DNA from: Candidatus Saccharicenans sp.
GTDB lineage: Bacteria; Acidobacteriota; Aminicenantia; Aminicenantales; Saccharicenantaceae
Direction: 5' to 3'
DNA length: 64,000 nt
NCBI GenBank assembly: GCA_026414545.1
Contig: JAOAIU010000062.1
Coordinates: forward strand, 30,255-94,254
Part shown: piece by piece, positions 47,041 through 57,407 of the stretch
Numbering within the stretch: position 1 is the first letter of the stretch
How the letters are laid out: each line of letters starts with the position of its first letter
Notes under the pieces: model-generated
What the model saw: the letters and a program-made list of their open reading frames with translations, nothing else
Databases searched by the model: none
Told to the model about the DNA's origin: nothing
Position numbers and translations under genes: made by a program

Positions 47041-47766
47041 TCAGGATTCAAAAATTATGGGGTAAAAATATTGAGCAGTAGCCTCCTTGACTTCCGGGCT
47101 CTGGCTGCCGTTTTTCCAGCGCCCGTTGAACAGTTCGTCTGAGACGATGAATAATCCCGCTGCCCGCAAGCGGTAAAAAGAGGCGAAGGACAGAACTGCC
47201 GAGATCTCCATGTCTACGGCCATTATCTTCTTTCTTTGCATGTTTTTCATCCAGCTCACCGTTTCCCGGTAAGGGGCATCTGTGGAGACAATGCTCCCTT
47301 CTGTCCAGGAAAGGTTTTTCTGCGACAGAAAACACCGCAAGCCACTAATGGTCTTTTTTGAAGGCAAATAAAAGCCGTGAACGGACCGGAAGTAGTGACG
47401 GGAGGTCCCCTCCTGACTAAAGGCTTTGACTGGCAAAAAAAGCTGTCCGACCTTAAGTTCCGGAGAAAGGGAGCCACAATAACTCAGCAGCAATATCTCC
47501 CTTAAACCCAGACGCCTTATCTTTTCCAGGGCCATGATGCCGGCTGGAGCGGCCAGGCCTCCTTGTAATACTGCCACCCGGCTCAAGAAGAAAGCCGGCC
47601 AGGCCCGACACTTAATCGGGAGGTGGCAGTCAGGGATAAGCGAGCTGGCAGTTCGTGGCCGGTGACAAAGGGAAGATATATCAACTGACCAGCGGGCAGT
47701 GGTGGCCCCGAGAATTGTGGTTGGGTGATTGAATGTTCTCTTCTCATTTTTATCTGAAATTATCAA
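47041..47766 (-). CDS. PNP_UDP_1 (nucleoside phosphorylase/nucleosidase) family protein
   Basis: Contains VAVLQGGLAAPAGIMALE..ILLLSYCGSL and MAVDMEISAV..GLFIVSDEL. The start is uncertain: TTG 47766 is the only in-frame start, and it has no SD. Confidence 0.7.
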   Translation of the reverse strand: MIISDKNEKRTFNHPTTILGATTARWSVDISSLCHRPRTASSLIPDCHLPIKCRAWPAFFLSRVAVLQGGLAAPAGIMALEKIRRLGLREILLLSYCGSLSPELKVGQLFLPVKAFSQEGTSRHYFRSVHGFYLPSKKTISGLRCFLSQKNLSWTEGSIVSTDAPYRETVSWMKNMQRKKIMAVDMEISAVLSFASFYRLRAAGLFIVSDELFNGRWKNGSQSPEVKEATAQYFYPIIFES

Positions 47767-47807
47767 AAAAATCGGCTGGAAGCAATTTCTGTTGGCAGAA
47801 CTCTTGT

Positions 47808-47836
47808 TTTACAAAGCTCCAGTGCTGGCTTAAAAT
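47808..47836 (+). promoter_or_regulatory. sigma70-type promoter for the ParB-like/radical-SAM pair
   Basis: TTTACA (47808-47813) - 17 nt - TAAAAT (47831-47836). The short leader carries GAGAAAGGTGG before ATG 47854. Confidence 0.5.
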
Positions 47837-47853
47837 TGAGGAGAAAGGTGGAC

Positions 47854-48819
47854 ATGGTTTATAAGATAATCAGGCTTACGGACCTCAACCTGGAAGATAA
47901 CAGATTCCACTTTACTCTGAATCCCTCTGACCGTCGTCTTCTGCGTTCGGTAAGTGAGATAGGCGTGATGCAGCCTGTAATCGTGATCCTCAGGCAAAAC
48001 CGTCCGGTCCTCATCGACGGTTGGAGGCGGGTAGAGGCGGCCCGGAGTTGCGGACTTGAACAGCTGCCGGTCCTGGAGATTGCGGAAAAAACCGATGACC
48101 TGGCCGTTTTCCTGCTGGCTTTTTTTGAGAATTATGGACAGCGGCCATTTAGTCTGGCCGAGAAGTCTCTGGCCATCAGGAAATTTCATGATTTTGAGCT
48201 TCACCCGGCTGAGATTATCGGGCGAATTCTGCCGCTCCTGGAGTTGCCGCCGGAACGCTGGATGTTTGAGCTGATGCTGGAAGTTTCTCAACTGGAAAAA
48301 CGGTTTCTGGAAACAATCCACCACCGGGATTGGAAGCCAGTAGCTGTTGAATTGTTGATGAAGTTTACCCCGGCCGAAAGGGACTGGTTGTTTTCATTGC
48401 TGGAAAAGTTGACTCACGGCCAGCAGCGGGAAGTGATGGAAAGATTATATTCGCTCAAGAGGAAGACCGGAAAGAGCCTGGACCAGCTGGCCCGCGAGGA
48501 AAGGCTGGCCGGGCTCATAGCCCGGGTGCTGAAGGGGGAGAGGGCTGCGGTTGATGATTTGCTGACAGTCCTGAGACGGGTTAGTTCGCCGCTCATTTCG
48601 CGGTTGAATCAAGCCATAGCTGAAGAGATCAGGCAAATCGGTTTGCCCGAAAGAGTCAGGCTAGATTATGACCCTTCCCTAGAGAAGAGGGTATTAAGAT
48701 TAACTCTGGAAGCTGCCGAGCAGGGAGATTTGAAGCGGGCGGTCGATTCTCTGGCGGATAGCCTGGAAAGGGGATACTGGAAAAGACTATTCCAGCTCCT
48801 CGGCTATGAAGGAGAATGA
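47854..48819 (+). CDS. ParB/Srx-fold (ParB N-terminal nuclease-like) domain protein with uncharacterised helical C-terminal region
   Basis: ATG 47854 is preferred over the track start 47836, which sits in the -10 box. Contains MQPVIVILRQNRPVLIDGWRRVEAARSCGLEQLPV (ParB box / Arg patch). The remaining roughly 230 aa are helical with no motif I recognise. Confidence 0.75.
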   Translation: MVYKIIRLTDLNLEDNRFHFTLNPSDRRLLRSVSEIGVMQPVIVILRQNRPVLIDGWRRVEAARSCGLEQLPVLEIAEKTDDLAVFLLAFFENYGQRPFSLAEKSLAIRKFHDFELHPAEIIGRILPLLELPPERWMFELMLEVSQLEKRFLETIHHRDWKPVAVELLMKFTPAERDWLFSLLEKLTHGQQREVMERLYSLKRKTGKSLDQLAREERLAGLIARVLKGERAAVDDLLTVLRRVSSPLISRLNQAIAEEIRQIGLPERVRLDYDPSLEKRVLRLTLEAAEQGDLKRAVDSLADSLERGYWKRLFQLLGYEGE

Positions 48820-49907
48820 TGGTTGAACTCCGGATAAAAAAGGTCTGGGTGGACCGGAAGGTAGAGGCTGATGACTTCACCCGACAACTGCTGGACAGGC
48901 TGGCCGGACGACCGGTGGAAGTTGTGGACAGCGCCGAGCCCGTCAGGGAAACAGTCAGGCTGAGTTCCGACCCGGTGGGGGAGAGCAAGCAACATCTATT
49001 CATAACTGCTCAGCCGTCGTTCATTCGTCCCTGTCCCTGCACCCCCGGCTGCTTAGGTTGTGGCTACTGGACGATCGACCTGGACCTTAACTGCCCATTT
49101 GACTGCAGTTATTGCATACTTCAGGATTATCTTGGCCTCCAGCCACTGACCGTGGCCGTTAACCGTGAGCAGCTGAGAGGGGAGCTGGAAGAGTTCATTA
49201 GGCAAGGGCGGTCTGGCCTGATCAGGCTGGGCACCGGAGAACTGGCCGATTCCCTGGCTCTGGATGGGTTGACCCAAAATTCAGCTTTCTTGATGGATAT
49301 TTTCAGAGGTCGGGAGAAACTCTGGCTCGAACTCAAGAGCAAGTCCGGTTGGACCCAGTCCCTGAGGCTCCTGGCTCCAGCGGAAAACGTGGTCCTGGCC
49401 TGGTCGCTCAACCCGCAGGTGGTCATTGATTACGAGGAAAAGGGAACGGCTTCGCTGGAGGAGAGATTACAGGCAGCCGCTGAGGCTGTCAGGCAGGGCC
49501 ACCGAGTGGGGTTTCATTTTGACCCCATTATTCATTATCAGGGCTGGCGCGAGGACTATGCCCAGGTAGTGGAATCAATTTTCAGGCGGATTCCTCTGGA
49601 GGCCATTGCCTGGGTTAGCCTGGGCAGCCTGCGATTCCCGCCGGGTCTTCTCTCCCTGGCCAGGAGACGTTTCCCCGAAAGCCAGATTTATGAACATGAA
49701 TTCATCAGGTCGGCGGAAGGAAAATACAGGTATCCCCGCCCTTTGCGACAATGGCTGTATAAAGAGATGGCCGGGATGTTTGCAGAATTCGGGGCGGAAG
49801 GAAGGCTATATCTGTGCATGGAATCAGTTGAGGTCTGGCAGGAGTTTCTGGATAAAATAAAAAGGGGAAGGCGAAACTTCGCCTTCCCCTTTCCCTGGCA
49901 ATGCTAA
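48816..49907 (+). CDS. spore-photoproduct-lyase-family (COG1533-like) radical SAM protein
   Basis: 363 aa. CPFDCSYCILQDY (CxxxCxxC at 49092-49115), preceded by CPCTPGCLGCGYW. ATGA overlap with the upstream gene; AAGGAG SD. Confidence 0.8.
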   Translation: MMVELRIKKVWVDRKVEADDFTRQLLDRLAGRPVEVVDSAEPVRETVRLSSDPVGESKQHLFITAQPSFIRPCPCTPGCLGCGYWTIDLDLNCPFDCSYCILQDYLGLQPLTVAVNREQLRGELEEFIRQGRSGLIRLGTGELADSLALDGLTQNSAFLMDIFRGREKLWLELKSKSGWTQSLRLLAPAENVVLAWSLNPQVVIDYEEKGTASLEERLQAAAEAVRQGHRVGFHFDPIIHYQGWREDYAQVVESIFRRIPLEAIAWVSLGSLRFPPGLLSLARRRFPESQIYEHEFIRSAEGKYRYPRPLRQWLYKEMAGMFAEFGAEGRLYLCMESVEVWQEFLDKIKRGRRNFAFPFPWQC

Positions 49908-49922
49908 GGAAGTTACGGGGTC

Positions 49923-50348
49923 TTATTCACCCTCAGTCGCTTTCCTCTCTGTGATTATTCCGACGAGTTCAATCCCGGCTTCACGGATCATGTCGATGAC
50001 GTCGATCATTTTGCCAAATTCCAGGTTGGCGTCAGCTCTGATATAGAGTTTCTTCTCAGCGGCTTGCAGGAAGGCTTCTTCCAGGGCCATGGTCAACCCT
50101 TCCAGGGTTACTCTCTGTTCTTTCAGGAAGAGAGTCCCGTCGGCTTTTATCGACAGGACCACATCGGGATTATCTGGCATCTGGGTGGTATTCAGAGCCG
50201 AAGGCAGCTGGACATCAACTCCCTTCTGAACCAGCGGGGTGACCACCATAAAGATGATCAGAAGGACCAGGAGAACGTCACAAAGAGGAACAACATTGGG
50301 TTCAGACTTGACGGTCTCTTTACCATTCATAGAAACTGTGAAACCCAT
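49923..50348 (-). CDS. exbD: biopolymer transporter ExbD/TolR
   Basis: 141 aa. Contains PNVVPLCDVLLVLLIIFMV and a periplasmic ExbD fold. Confidence 0.9.
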   Translation of the reverse strand: MGFTVSMNGKETVKSEPNVVPLCDVLLVLLIIFMVVTPLVQKGVDVQLPSALNTTQMPDNPDVVLSIKADGTLFLKEQRVTLEGLTMALEEAFLQAAEKKLYIRADANLEFGKMIDVIDMIREAGIELVGIITERKATEGE

Positions 50349-50385
50349 TGTTTTCCTCTCTTAATAAATTTCCAGCATCCGGAAA

Positions 50386-51060
50386 TTACTTGCCGGAGGT
50401 GCGGATGAAATAGTCAACAATCTGAGAGGTGGTGTTTTCCATCTCAGTATTGTAGACCTCGATCTTGGTGTTCAGAGAGTTGAAGGTCCAGAGGGCGATA
50501 ACAGCCACGGCGATACCGAAAGCTGTGGTGACCAGAGCTTCGGCGATACCGGCAGCCACCGCTCCGATTCCACCAGAACCGGTCATGGCCATTCCGCGGA
50601 AAGCATTGATGATTCCGAAAATGGTTCCGAACAGTCCGATGAAGGGAGAGGAGGTAGCGATGGTCGCCATGATGCTCAAACCTCTCTTCAATTCCTGAGT
50701 GAAGAGAGAACGAGCCCTCTCGCAACCTCTCTGGGCAGATTCAATCTGTTCTTCGACGGTCAGGCTGGACTCTTTGGCGCTCAGGAATTCCTCAATGCCG
50801 GCAGCGGTAACTCTGGCCAGATGGCTGACTTTATTTTCCTTCTTGGAAGCCAGAGCCATTGCTTCTTTGAGCTGTCCGTTCTTCATCAGTTCAGCCAGCT
50901 TGGGGGCCACGGCCAGCGATTTTTTCCTGGCCCGGGCGAAAGCCAGCTGACGTTCAATGAACAGATAGATGGTGATAACCGACAGGAGAATCAGGATGAT
51001 GGCAACTGTTTTTGCCACGACTCCCATGGCCTGCCACATTTCAATCAAACCGAATTGCAT
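50386..51060 (-). CDS. exbB: MotA/TolQ/ExbB proton channel
   Basis: 224 aa. Contains SSPFIGLFGTIFGIINAF and GIAEALVTTAFG. AAGGAGG SD. Confidence 0.9.
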   Translation of the reverse strand: MQFGLIEMWQAMGVVAKTVAIILILLSVITIYLFIERQLAFARARKKSLAVAPKLAELMKNGQLKEAMALASKKENKVSHLARVTAAGIEEFLSAKESSLTVEEQIESAQRGCERARSLFTQELKRGLSIMATIATSSPFIGLFGTIFGIINAFRGMAMTGSGGIGAVAAGIAEALVTTAFGIAVAVIALWTFNSLNTKIEVYNTEMENTTSQIVDYFIRTSGK

Positions 51061-51105
51061 GACTAAAACCTCCTTTTAGATATCGAAAGCCATTGTTAGC
51101 TTTTC

Positions 51106-51876
51106 TTACTTTAACTTAAAGGTCACCGTAACGGTAAAGATGACCCCGCGGGGACGGCCGTTGATGATCATCGGCTCATACACCCACTGTTTGACCGCGT
51201 CGATAGCAGCCTGGTCGAGCAGGGGAACCGACCTCAATACTTTAACCGATTGAACCCGGCCATAGATGTCGGTTATGGCTTCCAGGATGACTATACCCTC
51301 AACCCGAGCCTGGCGGGCGATTTCAGGATAGACCGGGTCGACCTTGTGGATGAGCTTGGGAGGCTTGATTTCGCCAATAGCTCTGACCGGTTCTTCGACT
51401 TCACCCACGACACCACCCAGAACTCCGCCGACAACGCCACCCAGGACGCCACCGATGACTCCGCCTTCGACTCCGCCTTCTACGCCACCTTCAATACCGA
51501 TGTCAGAAACTGCTTCCTGAGCTATCTGGTCCGGAATATCAACCGGGGCAACCAGCCGGCCCGGTTCGACTGAGGTGGTAGCCTGAACCGCCTTGATGGT
51601 TCGGGTAGAAGTAGCTTTTCTCTTGGCTGGCGGTGGTGGTGGTGGCGGTGGTGGCGGCGGGGGCGCCAAGAAGGCGCTGTAAACTTCAACCTTCGGGAGC
51701 TGGTCGGTGGATAGAAGAGGAATAACAATTATCGCCACAACAAAGACAGCGTGGAGGATGAGAGCGATGGGCAGGGCTAAGGCTTTTCTCTTAATCCCCG
51801 ACTCGGCCTTAAAAAAGGAATCTTTGAAGAGATTGGGTATCTCTTCTCCCTGTTTAGGCCTTTTTGCTTCTGGCAT
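51106..51876 (-). CDS. tonB: energy transducer TonB
   Basis: ATG 51876 preferred. TM anchor, a run of 12 prolines, (GGVx)n repeats, and a C-terminal TonB_C region (PVYPEIARQARVEGIVILEAIT..GRV). Confidence 0.88.
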   Translation of the reverse strand: MPEAKRPKQGEEIPNLFKDSFFKAESGIKRKALALPIALILHAVFVVAIIVIPLLSTDQLPKVEVYSAFLAPPPPPPPPPPPPAKRKATSTRTIKAVQATTSVEPGRLVAPVDIPDQIAQEAVSDIGIEGGVEGGVEGGVIGGVLGGVVGGVLGGVVGEVEEPVRAIGEIKPPKLIHKVDPVYPEIARQARVEGIVILEAITDIYGRVQSVKVLRSVPLLDQAAIDAVKQWVYEPMIINGRPRGVIFTVTVTFKLK

Positions 51877-51950
51877 GTTAAACCTCACGCTATGGAATAG
51901 GTTAGATTAAAGTATAAATTAAAATCCTCTATTTTACAAGCAAATTTTAA

Positions 51951-53114
51951 TTATTTATGCAATTTTTTCTTCTTGAAATACTGGTTCCAGAAAAGGACCA
52001 CAGGGCAGGAGAGAAAGATGGTGGAATAGACGCCCTCGATGGTTCCAATCAGCATCAGGAAAGCAAAGTCGTTGATAACCTGGCCCCCGAATATATAGAG
52101 AGAAAGAACCGTCAGAAAAACCGTTCCGGAAGTGATGAGGGTTCGCGACAGGTTCAGATTGAGGGAGAGGTTCATTATATTTTCTAGGCTCTCTCTTCTC
52201 ATCGTTCTCTGGAGTTCGCGGATCCGGTCAAAGATGACAATAGTATCATTGATGGAATAACCGACAATGGTCAGAAGCCCGGCAATGATCGGCAGGTTAA
52301 TTTCTCTCTGGGTGAAGGAATAGATGCTCATGGTTATCAGAACATCCTGAGCCAGGGTGAAAATGGCAGCAGCGCCATATTCGACGCCCTTGAAGCGGAG
52401 AGCAATGTAGACCAGCATGCCGATCAGCGACCAGATTATGGCCTGAGTCGCTTTCTTCCTCAAATCTTTACCTACCTGGGGTCCAACCGTCTCCCGACTG
52501 AGAACTGTCATCTTGCCCAGGAAAGCTCGGCTCTGAAGATAGCTGATTCTTTCCTGGGTGAGGTTGATGGGCTCTTTTTTCAACTCTTCCCAGCTGGTTA
52601 TGATTCCGTTTTCGGTCCGGTAATCTATTATCTTGTTGGCCAGACTCTCGGCTTCGTCCGGAGCCACAGCCCTCAGCAAATTGGTCAGGCTATTCCTGTC
52701 CAGACTATTCAGGTCCAGCATTCCCTGGGTCAGTTTCTGCCTGTCCTCATCTCCCTGCAGAGCCTGGATAACCCGGTCGGCCAGGATCTGGTGGCTTTCA
52801 ATTTCCTGGTCCTGGGTGGTGGTTCTTTTTTCCATGGTCCGGATCTGGAACTCGCGACTCTCTTTTCCGGCTTCCTGGATGATGCTGTCGCCCAGTCCCA
52901 CTTCGGACAGCAGCTTTCTGACTTCGGACACGGACACTGGTTCTTTGAACTTAACCCGGATCAGGGTTCCTTCTCCAAAATCGACGCCCAGTTTGAGTCC
53001 CTTCCCGGCCAGGATGTTGACCAGGCCGGCCACCACGATAAGCACGGTCAGGGCCAGGGCAATCCACTTGTATTTTAAGAACTGGATATTGGGGGTTTTT
53101 TTGAAGATTTGCAT
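51951..53114 (-). CDS. secF: protein translocase subunit SecF with enlarged periplasmic loop
   Basis: 387 aa. Contains GVDFGEGT..., SRETVGPQVG and the C-terminal 5-TM RND-like bundle. It carries roughly 70-80 extra residues in the P1 loop. Confidence 0.92.
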   Translation of the reverse strand: MQIFKKTPNIQFLKYKWIALALTVLIVVAGLVNILAGKGLKLGVDFGEGTLIRVKFKEPVSVSEVRKLLSEVGLGDSIIQEAGKESREFQIRTMEKRTTTQDQEIESHQILADRVIQALQGDEDRQKLTQGMLDLNSLDRNSLTNLLRAVAPDEAESLANKIIDYRTENGIITSWEELKKEPINLTQERISYLQSRAFLGKMTVLSRETVGPQVGKDLRKKATQAIIWSLIGMLVYIALRFKGVEYGAAAIFTLAQDVLITMSIYSFTQREINLPIIAGLLTIVGYSINDTIVIFDRIRELQRTMRRESLENIMNLSLNLNLSRTLITSGTVFLTVLSLYIFGGQVINDFAFLMLIGTIEGVYSTIFLSCPVVLFWNQYFKKKKLHK

Positions 53115-53115
53115 T

Positions 53116-54651
53116 TTAGATACTCAACCTCTTGGCGTTTGTTGGCACAAAGGCATCAAAGATGAACCTGGAAACAAAAACTGCGGTGAACAGGTTGGCC
53201 ACCAGGCTGCAGATCAGCGTTACCGCATAACCTTTTATCGGGCCTGTCCCGAACTGAAAGAGAAAGACTGCTGAAATGATCGTGGTCAAATTGGAGTCGA
53301 AGATGGCGGAAAAGGCCCGGGAAAAACCGGTGGCGATGGAACTGGCAATGTTCTTGCCGACCGCAATCTCTTCCTTTATTCTTTCAAAGATAAGAACGTT
53401 GGCATCCACGGCCATGCCTATTCCCAGGATGATGCCGGCGATACCGGGCAGGGTCAGGGTAGCCTTGAAATAACCTATGGCTCCGAAGATTATGATTTCG
53501 TTCAGAATCAGAGCGATAATGGCGTTCAGGCCGGCGAACCGGTAGTAGAAAATCATGAAAACCATGACCGCAAAGATGGCCACCAGCCCGGCTATCAGGC
53601 CCTGCTTGACCGAATCCGACCCGAGGGAGGGACCGACTGTTCTTTCTTCCAGGTACTTGATGCCAGCCGGCAGGGCTCCAGCCTTCAAAATAACTACCAG
53701 GTCATCGGCTTCTTCCGGGGTGAACCTTCCCTGGATGATCCCTGAATCGGAAATCCTGGCTTCGATGACCGGTGCGGATTGCAGGCGACCGTCGAGGATG
53801 ATGGCCAGTTGCTTCCCGATGTTGGCCCCGGTGACCTGTTCGAATCTCTTAGCCCCATCCGGGTTCAGGGTGAAATGCACCGCAGGGTTATTCCATTCGT
53901 CGACTCCCCGTCTTACGGATCTTAGGTCCTTGCCGGTTACCGTAGCTACCTTGCTGACCAGATAGTACCCCTGGGTCCCGCGTTTGGGGTCGGATCTGAC
54001 CACCTCGGCGTCTTCCGGCACCTTACCCCCGAAATCCCGCAGAAGTGTTTCCTCGTCCGGAGCCGGGCCAGCTTTAACCAGCTTGAATTCCAGGACGGCA
54101 GTTACCTTGATCAGATTCTTGACGCGGTCCGGGTCTTCAACGCCAGGAAGTTCTACCACTATCCGATCCGAACCCTGCCTCTGGATGACAGGTTCGGCCA
54201 CGCCGAACTGGTCGATTCTGTTCCTAATGGTCTCCAGGGTTTGAGTAACGGCCAGATCTCTTAGATACTGGGCAGCTACCAGCTTCAGGTTGAAAATCAA
54301 GCGGTCGCCGCTGAAAGAATAATCCCAGTCCCTGGTATACTGGTCGATGAGGTCTCTGACTTTTCCTTCCTGCTCAACCGGTATGCCCCTGAAATAAAAA
54401 CGTCCGGGCTTTTCTTTGTTGGCTTCCAGGAAGGTGATGTTGTTTTTCTTGAAGACTTCCTCGAACCGGGCCAGTTGCTGGTCGGTTTCAACATTGATGG
54501 CGTCCTCGGTCAGAACCTGGAGAACCAGGTGGGTTCCTCCCTTGAGGTCCAGGCCCAGCTTGATCTTATCTTTCGGGGGATAGACCAGAAAGAGGCAAAG
54601 CCCGATAACCACGACGATTAGAGCCAGTTTCCATTGAAGGTTCTTTTTCAT
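53116..54651 (-). CDS. secD: protein translocase subunit SecD
   Basis: 511 aa. Contains LGLDLKGG, TVGPSLG and FERIKEE. Confidence 0.94.
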   Translation of the reverse strand: MKKNLQWKLALIVVVIGLCLFLVYPPKDKIKLGLDLKGGTHLVLQVLTEDAINVETDQQLARFEEVFKKNNITFLEANKEKPGRFYFRGIPVEQEGKVRDLIDQYTRDWDYSFSGDRLIFNLKLVAAQYLRDLAVTQTLETIRNRIDQFGVAEPVIQRQGSDRIVVELPGVEDPDRVKNLIKVTAVLEFKLVKAGPAPDEETLLRDFGGKVPEDAEVVRSDPKRGTQGYYLVSKVATVTGKDLRSVRRGVDEWNNPAVHFTLNPDGAKRFEQVTGANIGKQLAIILDGRLQSAPVIEARISDSGIIQGRFTPEEADDLVVILKAGALPAGIKYLEERTVGPSLGSDSVKQGLIAGLVAIFAVMVFMIFYYRFAGLNAIIALILNEIIIFGAIGYFKATLTLPGIAGIILGIGMAVDANVLIFERIKEEIAVGKNIASSIATGFSRAFSAIFDSNLTTIISAVFLFQFGTGPIKGYAVTLICSLVANLFTAVFVSRFIFDAFVPTNAKRLSI

Positions 54652-54688
54652 CTTGACCTATCTCTCTGCTGGATTTGTTCTGAACAAA

Positions 54689-55036
54689 TCAGGTGGATTC
54701 CTTGGTCTCCGTTTTTTCCTTTTCGGTCAGAATAATGGCCACGGCACTCTTGAGTATGTCCACCTTAACGTTAGCCGCGATCTTTAGCTCGATCCGGTCA
54801 GGATGCACGTCCATGACCGTGCCGAAAATGCCGCCGCTGGTGATGATGCGGTCGCCCGGTTTCAGGTTGGCTACCATCTGCTGGTGCTGTTTCTGCTTTT
54901 TTCTCTGGGGCATGATGATCAGCAGGTAGAAAATGACAAAGACCAGGATGAAGGGCAGAAGTCCCACCAGCATATTACCCTGACCGGCGGGAGCAGATTG
55001 CTGCCCGGAAACGCTGAATAAGGTTAAAAAACTCAT
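54689..55036 (-). CDS. yajC: preprotein translocase subunit YajC
   Basis: 115 aa. Contains FYLLIIMPQRKKQKQHQQM..L..GD.I.T.GGI.G. Confidence 0.9.
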   Translation of the reverse strand: MSFLTLFSVSGQQSAPAGQGNMLVGLLPFILVFVIFYLLIIMPQRKKQKQHQQMVANLKPGDRIITSGGIFGTVMDVHPDRIELKIAANVKVDILKSAVAIILTEKEKTETKEST

Positions 55037-55045
55037 TTCTGTATC

Positions 55046-57237
<2,192 letters not shown>

Positions 57238-57354
57238 GTTTTAAGTAAAAACCTTATCTCGCAGTCTGTCAAGCAGAGAGGCCAACATTCCTTATTTAAA
57301 TATATAATTTTCCTCGCTGTCTGTGGTTATTCTGACCGGCAAACGCCTGGCCGG

Positions 57355-57383
57355 TTGAACGAGAGCCAGAAATAGAGTATATT
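57355..57383 (+). promoter_or_regulatory. sigma70-type promoter for lepB
   Basis: TTGAAC (57355-57360) - 17 nt - TATATT (57378-57383). Confidence 0.5.
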
Positions 57384-57407
57384 AACAAAAAATTAAGGAA
57401 GACAGCG

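Noticed and set aside
51400-51670. Short tandem DNA repeats that might have been taken for a repeat array or a CRISPR-like feature.
   Set aside because: They are in frame within tonB and encode the poly-Pro and GGVx linker. There is no spacer/repeat architecture and there are no cas genes.
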